Part shown: piece after piece, positions 1 to 9,229 of the stretch | Numbering within the stretch: the stretch's first letter is position 1 | Layout of the letters: each line of letters begins with the position of its first letter | Virus record (IMG/VR): IMGVR_UViG_3300047095_000752 | Coordinates: 124,001 to 188,000 of that record | Strand: one strand, 5' to 3' | Length of the DNA stretch: 64,000 nt | Made by a program: the position numbers and the translations under genes | Notes under the pieces: model-generated | The model's input: only the letters and a program-made list of their open reading frames with translations | What the model was told of the DNA's origin: nothing | Database searches by the model: none

Positions 1-499
1 CGTCAATCTGAATTGGTCTATATTCGGGTGAAATTACAGGTAATTTATTTATAAAGAAAGTTCGATCATCAACTGCTTTGTAAAGTACATCGATAATCTT
101 ATTTCGGTCTCCACCCTCTTCACCGGTCGAAAAACGTATCTTATGGATGTTGTTTACAAATGCAGTCATACCATTAATATCACCCATATCATCTTCGACT
201 AAATTATTATTCGAATCCAGTGAAAATATGGCTTCCCCAGATAATAAGTCGGGGATGCGTCTAAAGATACGCTTCTCTAAAATATCATATAGAAATGGGT
301 GAACAACATTACAGTTTAGATCAATCCAAGAATAATTAGAACGTCTCTCTTTAGATCCTTCTACCCCGAAGATAGTTTCTGAATATAAACCTTGAGGGTG
401 GAAATTCATAGACTTATCGAAGTAGATTTGATGTGATGTTATAGCTTCTAGTGCCTTCTTTTCTTTTAAAAAGACATCTACGTGAATTGGTTCGATCAT
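1..499 (-). CDS. Phage multisubunit RNA polymerase beta'-like subunit, N-terminal part (runs off the left edge; absent from the ORF track)
   Basis: Hand translation from ATG at 499 (RBS GAGG): MIEPIHVDVF...HPQGLYSETIFGVEGSKERRSNYSWIDLNCNVVHP...NKLPVISPEYRPIQID. This matches RpoC motifs GLFxExIFG, RRxxxGxIxL...H and LPVxPPxxRP. No stop before the edge. Confidence 0.85.
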   Translation of the reverse strand, partial: MIEPIHVDVFLKEKKALEAITSHQIYFDKSMNFHPQGLYSETIFGVEGSKERRSNYSWIDLNCNVVHPFLYDILEKRIFRRIPDLLSGEAIFSLDSNNNLVEDDMGDINGMTAFVNNIHKIRFSTGEEGGDRNKIIDVLYKAVDDRTFFINKLPVISPEYRPIQID

Positions 500-515
500 A
501 AAAATACCTCTAAAA

Positions 516-523
516 ATTTGTCC
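516..523 (-). promoter_or_regulatory. Candidate phage promoter motif GGACAAAT
   Basis: Same 8-mer recurs in short intergenic gaps upstream of co-oriented genes (16968, 22106, 28285, 48040, 55209; variant 13251). Confidence 0.55.
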
Positions 524-540
524 AATTAATTAAATTTTAT

Positions 541-574
541 AAAAAAACATGGTGGAAATACATATTCCACCATG
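541..574 (-). terminator. Intrinsic terminator
   Basis: CATGGTGGAA/TTCCACCATG 10-bp stem followed by a T-run on the minus strand, downstream of 593..955. Confidence 0.7.
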
Positions 575-592
575 CTTCTAATTTCTATTATA

Positions 593-955
593 TCACAGAT
601 CCTTATAGGATCCCTTAATAAAATGTTCGATTATGTTGTCTTTCATCTTGTCAAGGACTGGAAATGAGGATCGGTTCTTCTCAATCACAGTTTCCAATAT
701 CCCCAATATGACTTTATAGTCTATCTTATCTTTATCATCTTTAACATATTTATTATGGAATTCAACAAATTTTCTGATATCTTTTAAATTGTATTTTTTA
801 AGAATTTTGAAATGTCGTATGGATATGGGGTTGTGTTCTATATAAACGTCCTCATATACCGCGTATAATTCCTTCATATTTTTTATTGTTTTATATTTGA
901 CTTTGAATAGAATTAAGTCGATAAACACTTTGAGTTTATTATATTTTTCATCCAT
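593..955 (-). CDS. Hypothetical protein
   Basis: 120-aa ORF, operon-like spacing. Confidence 0.6.
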   Translation of the reverse strand: MDEKYNKLKVFIDLILFKVKYKTIKNMKELYAVYEDVYIEHNPISIRHFKILKKYNLKDIRKFVEFHNKYVKDDKDKIDYKVILGILETVIEKNRSSFPVLDKMKDNIIEHFIKGSYKDL

Positions 956-961
956 AATATA

Positions 962-1846
962 TCAGTCCGATTCGATCTTGGATTCAGGGGTGTGTCCAAT
1001 CTTGAAGAGCGAATCCATGTTGCCGCTCAGGGCGTCCAGATCAACTTTCGCGTTCTGGACATTGTCATGGATATAGTCGCCCCACGGGATTTTGCGTTTG
1101 TCGATGGACTTGAAGAAATCGATTTCGTATTCGCACCATTTCTGGTACATCGGGAAATCCGCCGCGTTGGCTTCTTCGTTCATCTGACCTTGGAAGTCCG
1201 CCATGTACAGTTCCCAAATCCGAAGGAGTTCCGTGTCCTTCAGCTTGACTATGAACAGGTCGGCTTCCTTGTCTGAGTTCATGGCGACAGCGTACAGGGA
1301 GAACAGAGTGTTCATCTGCGTGAAGGCGTACAGGAGAAGCTTGCACTGGTCCTTGGTGTACGGGAAGTGGGTCAGGTCGCCGTAACAGTCGTAGTTGGAG
1401 TCCTTGTGATCCTTCATGACATCGAAGACTTCATTCTTGAGGTTATCATAGTTCGGAAGCTTGGACAGGATCTTCCGGAAGGTGCCATCCGGATCGTCTT
1501 CAACGTCCTTGAGGAGTTCATCCATGTTGATATCGTTGACAAGGGTGTCGTGGATGTGCTGGACGAGGTTGTGATACAGACGCTGTTCAATGGTGAGTTG
1601 CTCACCACCATCTTCGGAGCATATGTTGGACATCATGGCTGTGGTGTAAAAGCGATTGATGTCAGCTTGACTGTTGAAGAATGCGATGGTGTTGACATTT
1701 CGGGCAACACGGTCGGGGGAGCCGAGTTCACCGTCGTAAAAGTCGATTCCCTTGATGTTGTGGAAGAAAACCATCCACGTCTCGGGGAGTTCAAGCGCGT
1801 CAATCCGCGCACGCATCTTCTTTGTGAGCTTTGCCATTGTTTTCAA
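962..1846 (-). CDS. Hypothetical acidic protein with atypically high GC / C-ending codons
   Basis: 294-aa ORF, AAGGA RBS; visibly higher GC than its neighbours. Confidence 0.75.
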   Translation of the reverse strand: MKTMAKLTKKMRARIDALELPETWMVFFHNIKGIDFYDGELGSPDRVARNVNTIAFFNSQADINRFYTTAMMSNICSEDGGEQLTIEQRLYHNLVQHIHDTLVNDINMDELLKDVEDDPDGTFRKILSKLPNYDNLKNEVFDVMKDHKDSNYDCYGDLTHFPYTKDQCKLLLYAFTQMNTLFSLYAVAMNSDKEADLFIVKLKDTELLRIWELYMADFQGQMNEEANAADFPMYQKWCEYEIDFFKSIDKRKIPWGDYIHDNVQNAKVDLDALSGNMDSLFKIGHTPESKIESD

Positions 1847-1885
1847 ATTCCTTTATTCACACTACGGTTTAAGAGACACAACAGT

Positions 1886-2230
1886 TTATATACTATAATA
1901 ATATTTTGCCCGTGGAACCAATTGTCTTAACATAAGCATAATGTCGACATCGTACTTATGATTCATCCCGCGAGGCTTTAAATACTTATAGAATACTAAA
2001 GAGTGGACCATACAATAATAGTCCAAACCGAATATCGGTGGCTTGCGTGATATATCAGTTTTCCAATTTAGTGTTTTAAGAATTAAAGTATTTATGAATT
2101 TTAGAAATAGCTCGTTCAATAGATTTACTACGGTATAATTTATATAGTTTAATTCTTTTGGTATTCTATTTACACGGTATGTTTTAGGAACATCTAATTG
2201 TACATTGTAGCTGTTATAAAGCATCTTCAA
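1886..2230 (-). CDS. Hypothetical protein
   Basis: ORF overlapping its neighbour in an operon. Confidence 0.45.
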   Translation of the reverse strand: MKMLYNSYNVQLDVPKTYRVNRIPKELNYINYTVVNLLNELFLKFINTLILKTLNWKTDISRKPPIFGLDYYCMVHSLVFYKYLKPRGMNHKYDVDIMLMLRQLVPRAKYYYSI

Positions 2231-2465
2231 ATACTAAAAGTTCGGTTAATATACATTTGTTGTATAAAGTGATACTATCAGTCATAGATTGTTTTGTCTT
2301 TTGGCGTGCCCATACTGTAAGTACAAGCTTCTCATACATAGATTTTTTTGGGAGATCGTTTATGTTATATTTGAATATAATTGTGAATAAATTTCGGACT
2401 AATATTAATGTATTCTCATAGAATGTATTAGTCTTCCACTTTTTTCGCAAAATGTCGATGTACAA
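2214..2465 (-). CDS. Hypothetical protein
   Basis: ORF with upstream AGGA. Confidence 0.45.
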   Translation of the reverse strand: MYIDILRKKWKTNTFYENTLILVRNLFTIIFKYNINDLPKKSMYEKLVLTVWARQKTKQSMTDSITLYNKCILTELLVFEDAL

Positions 2466-2497
2466 TCGTTATATCCTTTCTAAGTTAAAACAAATAT

Positions 2498-3934
2498 CTA
2501 TGCTGACTGCTCATCGAATTCCTTCTGAAGAGTTAGGAATGTATTATTGAGTCCATTTGCGTATAGATTGGTATAAAACTTAATCACATCATCTTCTAAA
2601 TCGCTATATGTGATCTTGTTTATATACTGCCCATCTACAATATTAATAAGATTTTTCTTAGAGGCATTTAAAATACCACATATAGGACTGATGATATCAT
2701 ATTTTAATTTTTTCGAAGATATACCGAATATAGGAGTATTATCTTTTAATATGGTTGTTATGTCCCTCAATTTGTATGAGGACCGGGAGATGACAGTGTT
2801 ACTTTTAATAGGGCACAACAACAGAAATTCTGACAATACTGGATAATCCTTACAAAGTGTATTTTTACCCAGTATGTATAACAAAGCACCAATTAAAACA
2901 ATATGCTTTGGTGGCGCTGTTTTAAGTGTGTTGTAGGGTACGTTAAATACCTTGGATATGATTGGAAGTGTGAACAGTCTCAGGGCAGGATCTAGAGTTT
3001 TGATCCCGTCGAGACGTTCCTTCATATAAATAAATTCAATATCATTAATGTCGAATTCTTCTTCTAATAACTTCATTCCAAGCTTTGCTGCTTTTGAAAT
3101 TAAATCATTACAACAATAAACGTGGAATATATCTTTATGGATAAAGGATCCGTGTACACTTTCTGAGGAAGTGTATGACTCGTCGTATATCACTTTTTCG
3201 CGATACACTTCCTTCATCATCCACTTCAGATTATCATCAATTACCTTAACAAGAAAGAACACTGGATTCTGAGTTATATCCAAAAGTGACAGGAGATTCG
3301 TCATAATGAAATTAAAGGTACTCATGCACGTCGAAGATGGATCCTCCAGAGTCCGTAATTTGATCAATTCCCACATATAGCGGTCTGTTGTTGAGGATCT
3401 AAAATTTCGAGATCGGATCAACTGAAAGATCTTATCGGTCGTGCCGTACTGGACACAATCTCTTATAAAAGAATTATATATAGTCTTATTAATATTTTCT
3501 GGTACTTTTAATTGTGTGTCGTAGGAAAATATAGAAAAAATCTTTAAGCAAGTTGAGGTTAGCGCGATGTTATACATATCGGTCTCATCGAACAATATAC
3601 TCGTCGAAGATGCCTTCTTACGGTTTACGAATGAGGCAAAATCGATCTGTTTAAGTTCAATGTATTTTTTGACCAATGCTGTTAATTCATCCGTGGAATC
3701 TCGGATAAGCTCTGAGTTATATTTAGACTCAATATACTTAGCTAAAAGATCATAATACCAATCGGAGAATTCTGGAATTAACGCTACGATATCTTGAACT
3801 GTAGTGCTAACCGTCTCGAACCGATTTGATAGGGACGACTGACCAAGTTTGATATCTAGGTTGATATCCTCACAATCTTTTTTTGTTAAGATAATATTCC
3901 AGATCCGCTTTTCTAATTGATTGAAAAAAATCAT
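2498..3934 (-). CDS. Hypothetical helical protein (likely start 3934, MIFFNQ)
   Basis: Long ORF; the upstream 3976 start overlaps a sigma70-like promoter. Confidence 0.7.
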   Translation of the reverse strand: MIFFNQLEKRIWNIILTKKDCEDINLDIKLGQSSLSNRFETVSTTVQDIVALIPEFSDWYYDLLAKYIESKYNSELIRDSTDELTALVKKYIELKQIDFASFVNRKKASSTSILFDETDMYNIALTSTCLKIFSIFSYDTQLKVPENINKTIYNSFIRDCVQYGTTDKIFQLIRSRNFRSSTTDRYMWELIKLRTLEDPSSTCMSTFNFIMTNLLSLLDITQNPVFFLVKVIDDNLKWMMKEVYREKVIYDESYTSSESVHGSFIHKDIFHVYCCNDLISKAAKLGMKLLEEEFDINDIEFIYMKERLDGIKTLDPALRLFTLPIISKVFNVPYNTLKTAPPKHIVLIGALLYILGKNTLCKDYPVLSEFLLLCPIKSNTVISRSSYKLRDITTILKDNTPIFGISSKKLKYDIISPICGILNASKKNLINIVDGQYINKITYSDLEDDVIKFYTNLYANGLNNTFLTLQKEFDEQSA

Positions 3935-3963
3935 AGTATTTTCCCATAGTATAGTGTATAATA

Positions 3964-3993
3964 ATGGTACCATCATGGGCGGTGAAATGTCAA
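3964..3993 (-). promoter_or_regulatory. Sigma70-like promoter
   Basis: TTGACA-N18-TACCAT with TG. Confidence 0.5.
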
Positions 3994-4017
3994 CAAAAAT
4001 ATAGATGAATTGTTTAA

Positions 4018-4040
4018 TTCAATAATTAATATATATAATA
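4018..4040 (-). promoter_or_regulatory. Candidate promoter motif ATTATATATATTAAWTAKTG (copy 1)
   Basis: Near-identical copies at 6072-6094, 28253-28272, 41116-41136 and 43720-43739 (plus strand). Confidence 0.55.
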
Positions 4041-4053
4041 AAAGGAAGTTATA

Positions 4054-4809
4054 ATGTCAAAAGCACACAGTCACGATTTTGTATTTAAGACATACGCAGC
4101 CGAGAACTACACGCTGGTTACTATGTATACCAATAGCCATAGTAAAGATGAATTACGTTGCCCCAAAGGGCATAAAGTAGATATGCTTTTTACAAATTTT
4201 TACAATAAAGGGTGTAGATGTCTAAAGTGTTCAGGATCTGAGAAATTTGATCATGAATTTGTATTTAATGAATATGCCAAAGAAGGGTATATTATGAAAA
4301 ATATTTATAAAAATTGTGATACACCTGATGAGTTACTTTGCCCTAGAAAACATGATGTACAAGCGCGTTTCTCGTATTTTCGGAGGGGTGACCGTTGTAG
4401 ATTTTGTAAATATGAAAATATACAGGGAGAAAATCATCCAAAATTTAATCCAGATCGAACTAGAGTGCGTAGATGTGCATATTTATCATTTAATTTAAAT
4501 AAAATTCAAATTTTACGGGATGATCCGAACTACGATCTGTATTTATCGTCGTATAATGAGGCGGAATTCCAAAGAAAACTTACTGGGAATAAATATATTA
4601 AATCCATCATGTCTGTAGATCATATATTACCACGAGTCGCTTTTATTGACAATAATTTAGATGAAATTTATGATAAAAAGGTAATTAAAAAAATCTGCAA
4701 CCTCCGTGAAAACTTACGAATAATACCAAAAGAAGAAAATGGCACTAAATCCGGCAAGTACAACCAAGATGAATTTATGAAATGGTTTATGTCTAAGATT
4801 AATACTTAA
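4054..4809 (+). CDS. Zinc-finger-repeat HNH homing endonuclease (2 repeats)
   Basis: Two CPxxH...RCxxC repeats; C-terminal DHILPR...ICNLRENLRI...N..K HNH motif. Confidence 0.8.
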   Translation: MSKAHSHDFVFKTYAAENYTLVTMYTNSHSKDELRCPKGHKVDMLFTNFYNKGCRCLKCSGSEKFDHEFVFNEYAKEGYIMKNIYKNCDTPDELLCPRKHDVQARFSYFRRGDRCRFCKYENIQGENHPKFNPDRTRVRRCAYLSFNLNKIQILRDDPNYDLYLSSYNEAEFQRKLTGNKYIKSIMSVDHILPRVAFIDNNLDEIYDKKVIKKICNLRENLRIIPKEENGTKSGKYNQDEFMKWFMSKINT

Positions 4810-5047
4810 ATTCAAACTCCAATTGTTCTTCTGTATTATATTTCATCGTATCTACACAATAATGGCAATATAAATATTTACCGATAGGCTTCCACCCAGC
4901 CCCCTCTAAAGTCTCAGTAGGATCTATTCGCTTTCCGTGTAGTTCTCCCCGGCACCCTCGGCATACAGCCCGCCATATGATTCCCCATTTCATATCAATA
5001 TCTCTATAAGTATTTAAGCATCTAACGCCTTGAATTTCGATTTGCAT
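4799..5047 (-). CDS. Small CxxC...CxxC zinc-finger protein
   Basis: CRGC and CHYC pairs. Confidence 0.55.
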   Translation of the reverse strand: MQIEIQGVRCLNTYRDIDMKWGIIWRAVCRGCRGELHGKRIDPTETLEGAGWKPIGKYLYCHYCVDTMKYNTEEQLEFEFKY

Positions 5048-5048
5048 A

Positions 5049-5267
5049 TTATATATCGATTCTTAATATTTCTATATTTTCACGATCTTTTAATGGAGGT
5101 AGTGGTATATACTGTTTTTTATTCCAACAAATACACCATTGACCTTGATGTCTATAATATACTCCGTATTCGTATTCTTTTGTATTTCGACATGCGTACA
5201 CACCGTCCTCAACTTCTTCATTAATCTTTTGCCATTTCATTCGAGTGTTCCTTTTCGTTTTGGACAA
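5049..5267 (-). CDS. Hypothetical protein (start uncertain)
   Basis: ORF abutting 4799..5047. Confidence 0.5.
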   Translation of the reverse strand: MSKTKRNTRMKWQKINEEVEDGVYACRNTKEYEYGVYYRHQGQWCICWNKKQYIPLPPLKDRENIEILRIDI

Positions 5268-5303
5268 AATATGGTATAATTATAGTTGAAAGAGGAATTT
5301 GAT

Positions 5304-6059
5304 ATGCCAGCAAAACTTAAACATGAATTCGTATTTAATGAATATGCTAAACGGGGATATACGTTACTCGACCTATATAAAAATAGTGATCATAAATCTA
5401 AAGTTATGTGCCCAAAAGGGTGTGTTACAGAAATGAGATATAATAATTTTAAATACGGTGCGGACTGCTTGTTATGTTCCGGGGTTGCCCCGTATACCCA
5501 CGAATTTATATTTAATGAATATGCCAAAGAGGGTTATGTATTAGATAGTATATATAAAAGAAATAAGCATAAAGATGACCTGATCTGCCCACGTGGACAT
5601 AAAATAAAAATGAAATATAATAATTTTCAACAAGGGGATCGGTGTAGAGATTGTAAGTATGAAGACATGAGTGGTGAAAATCATTATCGGTTTAATCATG
5701 ACCGTACACGCAAGCGCCGGACGGATTATCTTCGTTTTGATTTAAGAAGAATTAAAATTTTAAAAGATGATCCGAACTATGATACATACAAATCCGCAAA
5801 GATTAAATCCAAACTTGAAAGTAAACTTAATAATAACCCCCATGTGAAATGTAGTATGACTGTAGATCATATATTTCCACGTACAGCATTTATAGATAAT
5901 GATTTGGACTTAATTCACGATTCCAAAATTATACAAAAAATATGTAACTTACGTGAAAACTTAAGGATCTTACCAAGAGAAGAGAATGGATCCAAGGGTG
6001 GAAAATACGATCAAGAAGAGTTCATGAAATGGTTTAGTGAAATAATAAAAAAATATTGA
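5304..6059 (+). CDS. Zinc-finger-repeat HNH homing endonuclease (2 repeats)
   Basis: Paralog of 4054..4809; GAGGA RBS before ATG 5304; extended -10 TGGTATAAT upstream. Confidence 0.8.
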   Translation: MPAKLKHEFVFNEYAKRGYTLLDLYKNSDHKSKVMCPKGCVTEMRYNNFKYGADCLLCSGVAPYTHEFIFNEYAKEGYVLDSIYKRNKHKDDLICPRGHKIKMKYNNFQQGDRCRDCKYEDMSGENHYRFNHDRTRKRRTDYLRFDLRRIKILKDDPNYDTYKSAKIKSKLESKLNNNPHVKCSMTVDHIFPRTAFIDNDLDLIHDSKIIQKICNLRENLRILPREENGSKGGKYDQEEFMKWFSEIIKKY

Positions 6060-6071
6060 AACCATTATGAT

Positions 6072-6094
6072 TTCAATATTTAATATATATAATA
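6072..6094 (-). repeat. 23-bp direct repeat of 4018-4040 (1 mismatch) / promoter motif copy
   Basis: TTCAATATTTAATATATATAATA vs TTCAATAATTAATATATATAATA. Confidence 0.7.
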
Positions 6095-6106
6095 TATACA
6101 AAAAAA

Positions 6107-6640
6107 TTAGCGGCGAGTTACAGATTTTTGTCTCATATTATTGTTGACCATCGATTTAAGTAAAGCCATATTGAAGAAAGCGCCGGGGCAAGCCATGTCT
6201 TTGAAAAATGAAACCTCGGAGTGGGTTACGATATTCTTTTCCGAAATTCGAAAGGCTTTCATCATAGGGATTATAACTTTGATTGCCATGACATTATATA
6301 ATTTTCGATCTGGTTGATCGGCATTCATATTCCCCATAACGGCTATATGGATCCCTTCTTGGTGCATATCTTCCATGTCGAGGAAGGGGGCTTTAGTGAG
6401 GAGTGGTGCACAAACTATCGGATGAAACTCGTCTCCAACTTTTTCTATAACGAAATTGTATGGTAAATACATTCGATCTAATTCGTAAATTGTCTTAGCC
6501 AGTTTATTTACTTGAAATGATGGACGATCAAATACAACTGCCGCATCCGTAGGCTTAAGATCTTCTGTATGATGGATTATGATCCAATTTGGCCAAGATC
6601 TCGCATATTTATACATGTCTTGTTTTAATGACATTGCCAT
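6107..6640 (-). CDS. N-acetylmuramoyl-L-alanine amidase (Amidase_2, T7 lysozyme-like)
   Basis: IIIHHT...YNFVI...IAVMGN...THSEV...CPG zinc-ligand pattern; TAATG coupling to the upstream gene. Confidence 0.8.
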   Translation of the reverse strand: MAMSLKQDMYKYARSWPNWIIIHHTEDLKPTDAAVVFDRPSFQVNKLAKTIYELDRMYLPYNFVIEKVGDEFHPIVCAPLLTKAPFLDMEDMHQEGIHIAVMGNMNADQPDRKLYNVMAIKVIIPMMKAFRISEKNIVTHSEVSFFKDMACPGAFFNMALLKSMVNNNMRQKSVTRR

Positions 6641-7578
6641 TATCGTTCTCCCGCTGGTTTCGCTGCTTGTGCTGCCTTTGCTGGGCAACTTAGTGGGGTC
6701 TGGATGAATGAACTCTGCCCCTTGATTAATACTTTACCGCCAGTTTTGATCCCGGCTGCTTGCTTTCCTTCAATAAATACAGATGCGGAACTGGATTTCA
6801 TATTCATGGATCCTTTTGACTCAAGTGCAGCCAACCCATCTGTTTTTATATCGACTCCACCTTTAGCTTTAACTTGGAATTTACCTTCCGTCTCAAACAT
6901 TATGTCGCCTTTAAATTTACATTCTAATGTTTGTTTTTCTATATCAAAATTAATATAATCGCCCTTATGTGTTTTTATAATTAATTTTTCACTACCTTCG
7001 CGCTCGTCGATTAGGATTACAGTCTGGTTTCCATCAACCTCGTACACAGATGCCGCGTTACCTGAAGGTCCTTCTGAGTCGTCCAGCTTTCTCTTCTTAC
7101 CTGTTATCTCTACTCTCTGTTGATCCGGGGAGTCGCAAACTACAACGGATCTACCCATCCCAGATGTAATTACAGTATAAACTTTATGGGGTTCGTCTAC
7201 ATTTCGGTTAACTGCAGGTAGTGGAACCGCTTTCTCTTGCCAAGGACCTAAATAGAAGGCTCTTTCCATGTCACTATCTTCAAATTGGACTCTCACATAT
7301 GAATTCAATAATGGGATAAAAACATTAGCTGCAGCAAAGTGTGAGGAACTTTCAGGGTCGTCTTCATTGTAGCCGCCCAGTCCCATATTTGAAGGATATG
7401 CTAAAATACCATCTTTGAATTCGTCCAGTTCTTCGTGGATTTCCTTGGACATTAATTCTGGTATGTAAACTCTAACAGCGCCGTATTTATTCTTTTCCCC
7501 GTCATCATCTACATCGACTTCCGTAACGCGGGCGCGGTAGATCTTATCATACTTCTTTTCTTGCTTGGCTGGAGGCAT
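6640..7578 (-). CDS. Baseplate hub / spike protein, T4 gp5- or VgrG-like (OB fold + beta-helix)
   Basis: YRARV...GAVRVYIP...FIPLLNSYVRVQFEDSD...FYLG, followed by beta-strand repeats. Confidence 0.8.
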   Translation of the reverse strand: MPPAKQEKKYDKIYRARVTEVDVDDDGEKNKYGAVRVYIPELMSKEIHEELDEFKDGILAYPSNMGLGGYNEDDPESSSHFAAANVFIPLLNSYVRVQFEDSDMERAFYLGPWQEKAVPLPAVNRNVDEPHKVYTVITSGMGRSVVVCDSPDQQRVEITGKKRKLDDSEGPSGNAASVYEVDGNQTVILIDEREGSEKLIIKTHKGDYINFDIEKQTLECKFKGDIMFETEGKFQVKAKGGVDIKTDGLAALESKGSMNMKSSSASVFIEGKQAAGIKTGGKVLIKGQSSFIQTPLSCPAKAAQAAKPAGER

Positions 7579-7587
7579 TTTATATCC

Positions 7588-7962
7588 TTAATCGTCTTCA
7601 TGTTTTTGAGCAGCTATAACTCTATTTTGTGCAACTTGAATATTTCTTAAATATCCAAAACATACTCTACGTTCGTCAGGATCCATTATATCATCACAGC
7701 CGTGCTTGATCCATCTCTTACGCTTAACCTTATCTACAAGCTCTCTAGCAAGCATCCCACCCCCTGCAATAGCCGCTCCCATGGCAGCATACTTAATCCC
7801 AGTATTTAATTTACTTGAAACTTCTCTTGTAGCTTCTTTTGGATCTAAGTACCCAGCTTCCGCTAAATATTTATATTCTGCTACAGTTAAATTAGACATG
7901 GCTTCTTGGATTAAAGCATCTAATCTTTCTTGTAGTTTCAATAATCTTTGTATGTCATTCAT
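7588..7962 (-). CDS. Leader-bearing small virion-type protein, class A
   Basis: MNDIQRLL..ERLDALIQEA..LTVAEY..LAEAG leader; GAAIAGGG segment; GCxxIxDPxERxxC. Confidence 0.7.
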   Translation of the reverse strand: MNDIQRLLKLQERLDALIQEAMSNLTVAEYKYLAEAGYLDPKEATREVSSKLNTGIKYAAMGAAIAGGGMLARELVDKVKRKRWIKHGCDDIMDPDERRVCFGYLRNIQVAQNRVIAAQKHEDD

Positions 7963-7977
7963 AATACAATTTCCTTA

Positions 7978-8247
7978 CTATCTTTTTAATAATGGAGGTC
8001 CGGTTGGTAACTGATTTTTAAGTCTTTGTTGATGTCTTTCTTCTACTGCTTTTTGTTTCTTTTCAATCTCTTTTTCAAATTGATATATAATTTGTTTACG
8101 TCTTAAATCTCTATCTCGAATAGCTTTACGTGTAGCAGCAATTGAAGCACCCGCCATAAGACCAGCACCAATTCCCGCTGCAGCTTTAAGTCCGGCTTTA
8201 ACTCCGGATTCAATTAATTTATTTTTAGCATTAGTTAAAATACTCAT
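7978..8247 (-). CDS. Leader-bearing small protein, class B
   Basis: MSILTN...LIE leader; Ala/Gly hydrophobic segment; basic tail. Confidence 0.7.
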   Translation of the reverse strand: MSILTNAKNKLIESGVKAGLKAAAGIGAGLMAGASIAATRKAIRDRDLRRKQIIYQFEKEIEKKQKAVEERHQQRLKNQLPTGPPLLKR

Positions 8248-8251
8248 TTAA

Positions 8252-8668
8252 TTAACCCTTATTCAGATATGAATCGACCATATCCTTACCACGATTTGCT
8301 AAGCCTTTAGCACGGTCGACCACATCTTGTGTAAAGGTTGTCTTTCTTGTACTCTTCATCCAGTTTATACACTGTTTATATTCCGGTGTATTTCTTCCAT
8401 ATTTTCTATGGCATGTATTGTATATACCGCTTAGGTCGGCATTTCGATTCATTAACTTTGTATCTTGTCTATCATCATACCTCCCCTTAGCCCACCCACC
8501 AGCCATTAAAGTAGGTACGACGGCTGCAGTGCCCTTCCAGAATTTTTTAGTTTTTGCTAAATCTATACCAGATCTGACCAGTTGTCCGGCGTGTCTACCA
8601 ATAGTTCCGGCTAGACCTTCATTTAAAAATTCTTCTAAATTTTTATTCGAATTATTTAAAATACTCAT
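8252..8668 (-). CDS. Leader-bearing small protein, class B
   Basis: MSILNNS...FLNE; CHRKYG...YKQC. Confidence 0.7.
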   Translation of the reverse strand: MSILNNSNKNLEEFLNEGLAGTIGRHAGQLVRSGIDLAKTKKFWKGTAAVVPTLMAGGWAKGRYDDRQDTKLMNRNADLSGIYNTCHRKYGRNTPEYKQCINWMKSTRKTTFTQDVVDRAKGLANRGKDMVDSYLNKG

Positions 8669-8688
8669 ATTATCAATACCTTTATTTA

Positions 8689-9216
8689 TTACTTATTGTC
8701 ATAATACATAAAAGAGCTATCACTACCTAACGCAGCCGCCCCTACATTTAGAGCGCCATTTATAGTGGCTAATCTAGCGAACTTTTTTAGTTGTTGATTT
8801 CTGTACTGTCTCTTCGCTTCTTCCTTCTCTGCTTTCAGTCTTGCTAATTCTTTATCCTTAGCACCATTTCGGATTTTATCTTCAACTCTGTCGATCTTTC
8901 TCTTTAAATCTCCAGATCCTTTTTGAACATAGGCGGCGGCAACACATCGGTTATATGATCTAGTTCCCTTTTCACCAACTGCTAAACAGTCAATAATTGG
9001 ATTTCTAATTTTTCCATCTTTACCACCGGCTTTGTTTAGGCGCATTTTATCACCAATTTTATTTCTAGCTACATTACCAGCACCAAGTCCGGTAATGACA
9101 CCTGCTGTAAGTGCTTTATTATTTTTAACTGCGTTTAAAGCCGTACCAATTGATTTACTTAATACACTTTCTTTTAACAATTGTAGTTCATGATTAGATT
9201 TATTCAAAATGCTCAT
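8689..9216 (-). CDS. Leader-bearing small protein, class B
   Basis: MSILNKS...LLKE; C-x13-C motif. Confidence 0.7.
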   Translation of the reverse strand: MSILNKSNHELQLLKESVLSKSIGTALNAVKNNKALTAGVITGLGAGNVARNKIGDKMRLNKAGGKDGKIRNPIIDCLAVGEKGTRSYNRCVAAAYVQKGSGDLKRKIDRVEDKIRNGAKDKELARLKAEKEEAKRQYRNQQLKKFARLATINGALNVGAAALGSDSSFMYYDNK

Positions 9217-9229
9217 AATATAGATCCCT

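Noticed and set aside
992-1930. Plus-strand ORFs 992-1276, 1203-1385, 1367-1930 and similar antisense ORFs across the window
   Set aside because: Shadow frames of real genes with biased codon use; no RBS or protein motifs
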